Assembly (NCBI GenBank): GCA_964035545.1
Contig: OZ037768.1
Coordinates: forward strand, 930,001-994,000
DNA: 64,000 bases
Source of the DNA: Bugula neritina
Taxonomy: Eukaryota > Animalia > Bryozoa
Direction of reading: 5' to 3'
Shown here: piece after piece, positions 43,101-55,300 of the stretch
Layout: every line of letters begins with the position of its first letter
How positions within the stretch are numbered: position 1 is the stretch's first letter
Made by a program: the position numbers and the translations under genes
Notes under the pieces: model-generated
Databases searched by the model: none
What the model was told of the DNA's origin: nothing
What the model saw: the letters and a program-made list of their open reading frames with translations, nothing else

Positions 43101-46100
43101 AATGTATACATTACTGTTGCAGGTATAACGCTAGACATCTATGAGAATGAGATCACGTGTATTCTAGGACACAATGGTGCTGGGAAGACAACTCTAGTGA
43201 ACATGCTCACTGGACTAACTCCGCCAACTGAAGGCACTGCTATTATATATGGCAAGGTAGTCTTCCTTTTCAGCATTTGGCTGAGTATTGCATCATAGTG
43301 TGTTATATTATATTATGCTATATTATATTATATTGTTTTGTATAGTATTGTGTTATATTATTTTGCATTTATTCTTATTATAATATTATATTGTATAATA
43401 ATGTAGGCTATTATTTTATTGTTAATATTATACTGTTGGGATGTTGCATATATCATGTTGCATTATATTATTATGATATATTATATTATATTACATAATA
43501 TTATATTATGTCATATTATATTCTATTAATATTATATTATATTACATAACATATCATACAACAGGATATCCGAGACACATACGACATGAGGGAAATCAGG
43601 AAGTTCACAGGACTCTGCCCACAGTACGATGTGCTGGTAGATAACATGACCTGCAAGGAACACCTTTACCTCTACGCTGCCTTGAAAGGCATCAAGAAGT
43701 CTGAGGTTGATTGGGAGGTCAGATGATTAGTACTTACTATATGTTATGAGAACACAACTCCTTATGCATTCAGCTTGTATATATGTATATATGCTAATTT
43801 GAAAAAACTGTATAATTTATAAAGAGACAATTAGTATCAAACCAAGTATTCGTGTATGTTATGTCTATAATGATGTGTCGAAGATGTTTATCTTGTATAA
43901 TATTTAGCATTTTTGATATGTATTATTTTATATAGTGTATGCTTGCATGGATAACTTGTTATTATATTCTCGTGTGGTTTCCATGGTAACTGCAGGTACA
44001 AAAGATACTAAAGGATGTTGATCTGATAGACAAAGCCGACTGTTTCACCAGAAACCTCAGTGGAGGTCAAAAGAGAAAACTTTCTGTTGGCATTGCATTC
44101 ATTGGTAATCCGAAGGTGAGTTTGAAACCTCCTTTCAATTAATTGAAGCTGTTTTGGGGTTACCTTTAGGTGCTTAAGCTATGGCGGTCCTTTCAGGATG
44201 TTTCCACATTTATTTATCTTTACCATTCAAAGGTTGATAATTGTTGGTGGAAAAATGGTTCAACATTTTAGCCGTAAAATAACAAGAATAAAAAAAATTA
44301 GTTTCAATTTATGAATTTCACTCATAACTGAATTCTTACAACCAATTTAATGCTTTTCATCAAATTCTTTTCTTTACATATTATATAAAGTATCAATGTC
44401 AAATTGTCAAGGTCATTTTAATGTCGCGTATCTGACAGATTATATTCCTGGACGAGCCATCTGCCGGTATGGATCCCAAGTCCCGCCGCCATCTTTGGAC
44501 GTTGCTGAAGAACAAGAAGCACGGCAGGATCATCTTGCTGAGTACGCACTTCATGGACGAGGCCGACATCCTAGCCGACAGGAAGGCCATCGTGTCGAAA
44601 GGGAAGTTGAGGTGCTGCGGATCTTCTCTCTACCTCAAGACTAAGTTCGGCATTGGATACAACCTTAAGTATGTCTAGACAGTAACTATGACATCATGAG
44701 TATGTCTAGACAGTAACTATGACATCATGAGTATGTCTAAACAGTAACTATGACATCATGAGTATGTCTAGACAGTAACTACGACATCATGAGTATGTCT
44801 AGACAATAACTATGACATCATGAGTATGTCTAGACAGTAACTATGACATCATGAGTATGTATATACAGTAACTATGACATCATGAGTATGTCTAGACAGT
44901 AACTATGACATCATGAGTATGTCTAGACAGTAACTATGACATCATGAGTATGTCTAGACAGTAACTATGATATCATGAGTATGTCTAGACAGTAACTATG
45001 ATATCATGAGTATGTCTAGACAGTAACTATGATATCATAAGTATGTCTAGAAAGATTTACTAATAAAAATATAATATATATATATTAAAAATCTTCAACA
45101 TACTTCCAACTCACGGCATATGATTTTACTTTTTAAATTTATTGAAAGTAGTTTTCATGACTAGAACTTTTCTGCATATTAATTAGTTAGCTCTGATTGG
45201 CTGTTAAATACTTATCTTATATAAGTTGAATCAGTGCTGTGAGTTGTTTATCTACATAGTTTGGTGGTGAACCAGAAGAAGTACAGAAGAGCTGAAGTTG
45301 AGGAAACTATCGAGGATATAGTCCCTGGTTCTATGCTCTCACATAGTCACGGTATGGAGGTGTGCTTCAACCTCCCCTTAGAGCATGCTGACAAGTTCTC
45401 AGGTAAACCTACACTAACAAATAGCTCAATTATTTGAATACATGTCCCTTTGATTTAAAATAAACTCTGGGATACAAAGTTTCAGTCTCTTTATTTTATA
45501 CTGGAGTGTTTCGTTGTTTTAAAAATACATGTTGTAAATGTAAAACTGTGTGCATTAATCCATGCATCTCTAACTATTGAGATTTGTCTCCCCTGTGAAG
45601 CTTAAATTACTGATGTTGGAGTTAGCTTCTCATGTATATGTATTGATGCAGAGCTGTTCCACACCCTGGAGGAACCTATAGGACATAACATGACGAAGAG
45701 AGCCACCCTCCTCGGTATACTAAACTACGGTATCTCCATGACCACCCTGGAGGAGGTCTTCCTTAGACTAGCTGAGATTGCCGAGAGTGGTGTGTAGAGC
45801 TCATTGTACACTGAATGTATTCTAGTATGAGCTCCATTGAGCTCTCTAGTGTTGTGATTTCCTGCTATAAAAAGTTTCCAAACTTTTCTCCATAATTCAA
45901 ATGATGGAATGAATGCTTTTGCATGTCTCTCTGCGTTTCACTCATCATGTCACAGATTAAAGTGTTGAGTTATAAGTTTATCTGCAATGACCTCTTATTC
46001 TGCACACAGAAGAGGCTGAGTTGGGAGATTTGACGGCTCTGGGAGACGCCAGTAGTCACAAAATGTCCGAACTCCATAAAAGAATGTCCACAATGACCAG

Positions 46101-49100
46101 CAAATCGAAGAAGATTCTCCCCAACTTGGAGGATATGCTTCAGGGCCAGGATGCTGGTCGGAAACCTACGGCCTTCCAGGTACGTGTCTAAATTACTGCA
46201 GGTAAAACTATGAGTGTACTGCAGGTAAAACTATGAGTGTGCTGCAGGTAAAACTATGAGTGTACTGCAGGTAAAACTATGAGTGTACTGCAGGTAAAAC
46301 TATGAGTGTACTGCAGGTAAAATTATGAGTGTACTGCAGGTAAAACTATGAGTGTACTGCAGGTAAAACTATGAGTGTGCTACAGGTAAAACTATGAGTG
46401 TACTGCAGGTAAAACTATGAGTGTACTGCAGGTAAAACTATGAGTGTATTGCAGGTAAAACTATGAGTGTACTGCAGGTAAAACTATGAGTGTACTGCAG
46501 GTATTTGTTAGTCCACTATGCATCAATGTGCAATGTTTGCTAGTCATGAGTTTCATTTGCTTTTACTATATCTGTTGAGTTGGATACATGATGTAGACTT
46601 CAGTTTATCTTGCTATCTTTTACTATTAGTTGACTAAAAATTAGGCGCAGAGCTTGTCATCTGTGAATACAAGACATATTTTATACGCTCTGGGCTTTTT
46701 TCAAGTTTTAGGTACATTATTCTAAATCATTGTCAAGACTCACATCATATGAGGTTTTATTTGACATTCACTTTAGTCAATTCTGATACATTCTTTAGAA
46801 ACACAAGTTTTATTTTCTAGAAATTTCGTGCCTTGGTACGGATCAGATTTTTGATATCACTGCGAGACAAGATGGCCACTTTCTCCCGCATCATATTACC
46901 CATAATCCTTATCCTGATCAGCGGGTTCACTCTCAAGTTCTCCGACATACAGTACAATCCCCCGCAGTCCACCATCAACCTCAACATCCTCAACACTTTC
47001 GACAACTTCGCCGGCCGATTTGCCTTTATTGATAAAACATGTGAGTTTAATATTCTCAAAGTCATGATATGATATGGTATGGTATGGTATGGTATGACAT
47101 GACATGACATGATATGATGGACAATTCTTTCTTGTCTTCATAAACTGATGAATATAGATTAGTGTCTTGGATACTGTTCCAACACTAGAGAGGGTGGAGT
47201 ATACTTTTCCAGCTAGTTGTTAAGTCAAGCATTGTTCAGAATATACCCCAGCCTCTTTTCTATTAGAAAAGATAGTAAAACTACACATTAGACTAACAAC
47301 AAATCAGTAAAGCGTTCAGTATCATTCCAACTTCAGCATATTATGATTGGATTAGAACAATAGAAGTTGTGTTCCTATCAAAAAGTTTCACGAGATTTAA
47401 ACCTTGGGTTAGAGTTGAGGAAATCACATTTAATAAGGTTACTGGAAGCTTTAGATGTTTAAATATTCTATTGAAGCTAAGTTCAATAACAATGCCATAG
47501 ATGTTCAAAATGTGTGTAATTTGCTGCGAGATTTCTTTTTAGTTGTTGTAATGTGTTATGTGTATATTATGCTATACAATATATTAGGTGTATATATTAT
47601 GTAATATGTTACTTGTATATATTATACGATATATTTAGTGCATATATTATATATTATTGCACACACAGCCCAGTACTCCATCATAAATCCTACAAGTATA
47701 TATAATCTCACTGACCTTCAACCTGTTCTCCTCAACTCTACAGACGACTTTCGCATGGCTCCTTTTCACTTCGGAATAAAACTCTCTGTGAGTTATCTTC
47801 TCTCACCTCTCTCTCAGCTACTAGCAGTAGACAGTGTGTTACTTTGTGCACAGTGTGTTACTGTGTGTGTTACTGTGTATACAGTGTGTTACTGTGTGTG
47901 TGTTACTGTGTATACAGTGTGTTACTGTGTGTTACTGTGTATACATTGTGTTACTGTGTGTGTGTTACTGTGTATACAGTGTGTTACTGTGTGTGTTACT
48001 GTGTATACATTGTGTTACTGTGTGTGTTACTGTGTAGACAGTGTGTTACTGTGTGTGTTACTGTGTATACAGTGTGTTACTGTGTGTGTTACTTTGTAGA
48101 CAGTGTGTTACTGTTCTCTGTTATAGTCTAAGAACCCTGATAATGCTCTCTCAGTGCAGCTGCTGTACAATGATACATGGGTCCACAGTCTACCAACATT
48201 GATAAACCTAATCACTAATTTGACGTTAGCAGATTACATGCCTGTCAACAGTTCAGCAGACGACAACATCACTGTACGTATAAATACTATCTCTATCAGT
48301 TTAACCACTCACAGCATCAGTTACATCTGTATACTATTAGTTTAGCCAATCACAGCATCAGTTACATCTGCACTTTTACTTTCTATCATAACTTGTCATA
48401 CGTACTCAAATCATATTTGATATAGCTGCATATAAAATATACAATACAATAAAGTGTTAGGTTATTATAGTGTATATTACAATAATAATGATGCCAGTGT
48501 CTTCATATTTCAGGTAGTGACATACAGTAAGCCCTGGGGGTCTATCGCACCGAGCTACACGTTTCATGGATCCATCTTCACTTTCTCTGTTATGGTTGGC
48601 TTTGCTATCACATTTCTTCCTTCAAGTTTTGCGCAGGCCGCAGTTGTTGATAGAATGGTAAGAGACGTTTGTTACTAACTAGTCAGTTACGTGTTGCTCC
48701 GGGCAAACAATGTGCACCTCTGTATGAATCATCATCTTTTTCATGTATTTTTGTTTTTTTAGTTTGTTCACCTTTTATGGTGTAACTTTATAGCTTCTAC
48801 TGTAACTGCTAGCAATATATTTGTTCTGGTTTATCTGTTGTATTGCATGAGTCATATATCTGTTGTACTGTATGAGTCGTATATTTGTTGTGTTGTATGA
48901 GTCATATATTCGTTCAACAGTCAAAAGCCAAGAGTCAGCTGAGGATATCGGGATTGTCTCCTCATCTTTACTGGCTTTCCATCTGCACCGTAGACTGGGC
49001 ACAGTTTATGGTGGTCGGGGTGTTCCTGATGCTCTCCTTCTTCATATTCCAGGTATTCCTTGGACTCACACTATACACACACACACACGCACACACAACA

Positions 49101-49197
49101 CACACATACAAACACACATACAAACACACACACAGCTCACAATAACAACACACATACAAACACATACACAGACACACACCACACATACACACACACA

Positions 49198-49228
<31 letters not shown>

Positions 49229-49317
49229 ACTCACAACACACACACACACACACACACACACAACACACACACACACAGCTCACAACACACACACACACAC
49301 ACTCACACACACGCACA

Positions 49318-49360
<43 letters not shown>

Positions 49361-52300
49361 GCACACATGCAAACACACTAGTCTAGCTCTACTCTATAAT
49401 ATATAACAAATACACTTGTGTTTACAGTTGAGACCGCTGATGGAGATAGGAGCATTGTTGGCAACTGGCTTGTTTCTCTTACTGTATATTCCCATATACA
49501 TGCTCGCCTTGTATATCTTCTCCTATGGCTTCACCATGACCTCTAACAGTCAGGGACTTATACAAACACTATGCATTCTGGTAACTTGCTTTAGACATCA
49601 TATTTCACATACTGCATATCACTATCTGCTTGTTCATACTATAATATATATTACAGTTATATACAATACTATAATATATATTACAGTTGTATACAATACT
49701 ATAATATATATTACAGTTATATACAATACTATAATATATATTACAGTTGTATACAATACTATAATATATATTACAGTTATATACAATACTATAATATATA
49801 TTACAGTTGAATATAATACTATGATATATATTACAGTTGAATACAATACTATGATATATATTACAGTTGTATACAATACTATAATATATATTACAGTTGT
49901 ATACAATACTATAATATATATTACAGTTGTATACAATACTATAATATATATTACAGTTGTATACAATACTATGATATATATTACAGTTGTATACAATACT
50001 ATAATATACATTACAGTTGTATACAATACTATAATATATATTACAGTTGTATACAATACTATAATATATATTACAGTTGTATACAATACTATGATATATA
50101 TTACAGTTGTATACAATACTATGATATATATTACAGTTGTATACAATACTATGATATATATTACAGCTGAATATTGTCTTCTTTGTACCAATCGGAATGA
50201 CAGCGATGTCGGAGAACGCATTCTACAGAGACGCTTCGGATACCGCCCACCTTGCCTTTACATTCTTTAACCCATTTTATACTGCCGGAGGGTTCTTCCT
50301 ACACCTTCTCAAGGTACTGCTGACTTACTAAGCTCTCCTATTTGCTGACTTTGCTAACAGTACTTTCAAGTTGAGCGACATCAGAGAGTTTAGTTTGAGA
50401 AGAATATGATATTATCAAATGTTTCTCAATGATTGAGTTGATCAACTGACATGTGAAGCCACAATACTAGGTGCATACAATTACTATTGTGAGTTATCTC
50501 ACTCTGGCTAATGTTTGAATATAGCTGACGTGCGCAGTGTTTTGGGAAAACCTCAATTTATGTAGTACTCAGCTGGTTTGAAGCGAACTTCAAAATCTGT
50601 CTGCAAATTCTTGTTGTATCAGAAGTTTCTACTGGAATTGGAGCTTATGAACTTTGACCTTTTAGTATGCTGACCTAATTTTAGTTTGATGTGAAACAGA
50701 GCTACACCCAACAGAGTGATATTCCTGTGATAAGAATCAGGTCTTACTTTTTGTGGGAAAACAGACTTTTACCTGTTTTTATTGCTGTAAGTAGTTTTCT
50801 GAATAGTAGTAATATACTTAATTACATTGCGAAAAGTTGTTTTGGTTTGCATATGATAATGTATATATTATATTATATGTGATAGTATGTATGATAATGT
50901 ATATTATATGATATTATATGTGATAGTATGTGTGATAATGTATATATGATATTATATGTGATAGTGTGTGTGATAATGTATATATGATATTATATGTGAT
51001 AGTGTGTGTGATAGTGTATATATGATATTATATGTGATAGTATGTGTGATAGTGTATATATGATATTATATGTGATAGTATGTGTGATAGTGTATATATG
51101 ATATTATATGTGATAGTATGTGTGATAATGTATATATGATATTATATGTGATAGTATGTATGATAGTGTATATATGATATTATATGTGATAGTATGTGTG
51201 ATAGTGTATATATGATATTATATTTGATAGTATGTGTGATAGTGTATATATGATATTATATGTGATAGTATGTGTGATAGTGTATATATGATATTATGTG
51301 TGATAGTGTATATATGATATTATATGTGATAGTATGTGTGATAGTGTATATATTATATTATATGTGATAGTATGTGTGATAGTGTATATATGATATTATA
51401 TGTGATATTATATGTGATATCAATACGCAGTGTTGGCTCGGCACTGCGTCATAATAAATGGAAGAATATTTAAATTCAATAACAAATTAGGCAGCAAATA
51501 ACTCTATAAAATATCGTGTCTTAAAGTAATATTATGACTCATATTGTTCACACAAGTATGACTCATAATTATGAGAATATGACTCACGTTTAGCCCATCA
51601 TCTGGATCCCAATGCTGATACTCATACTGAAAATGGTTGATGGCGTTAGCTCTGGTAAAAGTCTCAAGTCGCAGTTCTCCAAGTACAAAGACGGACTGAA
51701 GGAGAACAAGAACGCGTACAGTATAGCGGAGGAGGACGACGATGTGGCGGAGGAAAGGATGAAAATTGAAATCGGGAAAAAGGGATCTTCTAGCTCTCTT
51801 GATGTTAGCAATAGTATGCAGTTGTATTGGCAGCATTACTATTACCAGTTTTAGCAGCGTCAGCAGTAACAGTAGTAGTGTCCGTAGTAGTAGTACTAGT
51901 AGTAGTGGTAGTGGTACTAGTGGTAGTAGTAGTAGCAGTAGTAGTAGTAGTACTAATGGTAGTAGAAGTAATAGTACTATCAATAGTTGTACTAGCTAGT
52001 CAATTTCCTCTACTGATGTTCCTCTTTTAGGCTGTGCTGCAAGCTCAAGGTTTGCACAAAAAGTTCATGCGGCCCGCAGCAAAGTCCTCTACGAAATCTA
52101 TGATTGCCGTGAGAAACTTGACCTTTCAAGTTTTGCCCAACGAGGTGCTGGGGCTATTGGGTCCAAACGGTGCCGGCAAATCAACCACAATGAATATGTT
52201 GACAGGAGAGATTACTCCTGATGCTGGAGTGGTGAGTGTATTGTCTCTGTCAGCTGTTGAACTACAAGAATATAATATAATAATGCATAATGTACATAAT

Positions 52301-55300
52301 AAAGATTGTGTTTATTGTGTAATTTAATGTAATTTTATTGTAGAATAGTAGTTATCTTATGTTGTGAATTCCACGCCTTGTTTAAATTGAAAATGAGAGT
52401 AGGCAATGTTGGTGCACAAATATTTTATTTTTGATAACAAGAATTGCATAATAAATCAGGTCCTTATTGAATTGGGGGACCCAACTCCAAACTTGAGAAG
52501 CCCAAACTACTGCACTCAGTCACCCTCAACTCAGGGCTGCTTATAGAACAAGTTGTTCCTATTACTTTATACACATTGCCTCAGTTCCTTCTCTATGCAC
52601 ACCTTTAGGTTAAGGCTGGGGATGCGAACATCCACATGAACCTCTCTGATGCCTACAGCAACATGGGCTACTGCCCGCAGTTTGATGCCGTCTGGCCTAA
52701 CATTACCATCAGAGAGCATCTGATGGTCTACAGCGTCATTAGGGGTTATCATCCCTCGCTGGCCCACATTGTCACTCAATAGTAGGTAATACTATACTAT
52801 GATGGGTAATATTACGTTGTACTTGCTTGTTTCAAGTCTCTACTCCCTATTTAGAGTTACGCTCAGTATTTTAATTTGCTACTCACTGTTTTAAGTTTTT
52901 ATTGTGCAGTTTTATAGACTTACTGAGGCTACAAGAACACGCTGACAAACAGACTGTCATGCTGTCGGGAGGAACGAAGAGAAAGGTACTCAACAAACTT
53001 ATTTCTGTCTATTATTTACATTATTATATAATATTATTATATTATATTATTTACATATAATCTTTAGTTTCTGTTGGCTATTTTACGGCTGTCCTATTCT
53101 CTGCAATATATTTTTCTCATGCATGATTTTCCTCATTGGTAACTTCAAGGGTTGGAGTTGTGTTTTCCCATATTGCTTAGTAACACAACTCCTTGGTTGA
53201 TATAGATTGTACTTCGAGGGCTGAAATATTACAGCTGTTATCTGTCCCTTTATGTCGGCAGCTTCAGAGTGACTGAATCTTTTTAGTATAACATGTGTAT
53301 CCATAAGTGTTGCATTATATAATATACTATATAACTATATTATTATGTCATACTAAATTATCTGATATTTTATATTATATAATATACTATATAACTATAT
53401 TATTATATCATACTAAATTATCTGATATTTTATATTATATAATATTATATGAGTAGACATTATAGTTACTTAATGATGCTAAATTGGACATTATTTGGTG
53501 TACAAAATACCAAGTTCATTAGAATAAAAAATTTCACAGATTTTCTAGTTGTACAAAAATGCAATATTGGTAAAAGACATTTAGAGAAAGGGGGCACTGC
53601 TATACCATACATAACAACTGACCATATTAACTGTAGCTCAGCTTTGCCATAGCCATGATGGGGAACCCCAAAGTAGTCCTGTTGGATGAACCATCTACGG
53701 GTATGGATCCTCAGTCTAAGAGAATATTCTGGGACGCCATTAGCCATAGTATTGAAGGGTCAGGAAGGGGGGCCATACTTACCACCCACTACATGGAAGA
53801 GGCCGATGCTCTCTGCAACCGAATCGGAATCATGATAAATGGACAGTTAGAGTGAGTACCTAGTCGCAAGCTTTACAGTATTTTTAGTTTAAGAACCTGG
53901 ACTATAGCTATGAACTGTGTATAGTAGAATACCTTCAATCAACTTTATCTCAGAGACAACGGTTTTTATATTAAAATGAGTTCGTATTTTTTAAGATCTA
54001 AGATTGTTGGTAGTTGTCTCTCTCGCTGAACGTTGTAACTGCAGCTGTAATATTAGTCATTTCTAGCGACTCCAGTAAGTTATTAGAAAGGTGTTGCGTG
54101 TTGACAGATGTTTGGGTACGACACAACACCTGAAGACGAGGTTTGGGAATGGCTACCACCTCGAGGTGAAGCTGGCCAGTATGAAGGAGGCGGTGCTAAT
54201 CCGCGAGATTGACAAGTTACACGAGTTCATATACTTCCACTTCCCCTCCACCTACATCCTTGAGCAGTTCGGCCCGCGAGTAGCCTATAAGATTTCAGCT
54301 AATGAAGTCACCTCATTGGCTAAAAGTTTTGAGATTTTGGAGCTAGGTAAAAGCTTGAAAGTTTTGTTAACTTGTAGCTATGTAAAGGAGAGATCATTTC
54401 TCAACTGTAGTTTATTTTTAGCTAAATCAAATATCCTATATACTATAGTACTTACAGTCATATCTGCTATGTATTATATTATATATTATATGTTACCACC
54501 ATCAGTTGTTAAATGTTTAGCTCTTGAAATAAAACCCTCAAATGAAATTAGTAGCATGAAAGTGAATCTACATGTATATATATGACCAAGTAGAATATAT
54601 CAATATATGAGGATGTAGCAGTTGTCTTACCATGACCTACTGTATTACAGCTAAGAAGAAAATTGATATAGGAGAATACAACTTCAGTCAAGCCACACTT
54701 GAGCAGGTAATAGTTTTCCATTTATTACTAGAGTTTTATACCTGCATGTGTAATCACGGCTGTACTTATTCTATATTTTTATGCATGCAAAGTGACTGTA
54801 TCATGTGACTGTATTGTGTGACTGTATCGTGTGACTGTAACGTGTGACTGTATCGTGTGACTGTAACGTGTGACTGTATCGTGTGACTGTATCGTGTCAT
54901 TTGACTGTATTATGTCATTTGACTGTATTATGTCATTTGACTGTATTATATCATGTGGCTGTATTATGTCATGTGACTGTATTGTACCATGTGACTGTAT
55001 CGTGTCGTGTGACCACCCCGCCAGGTGTTTCTTGAGTTTGCCAAATATCAAATGGAGGAGACGAACACCGGTGATGAACAGATAGAGCGATCTCATGAAA
55101 TTGCAAGAAGTCGAAAGGTGGGTTCCCAGGCTACAGCTCAATTTTATGAATCTATAGTTATGAAATGAGTCGTACTTTAGGAAGCTTGCCTTGCTTGGGG
55201 GGTGCTGCAACCAAATTATAATATTCATTTACAATAATGATTTTATTTTATTGGATCCAAAGATGTACAATCAGTGAATTGTGTATTGTTATAACATATA

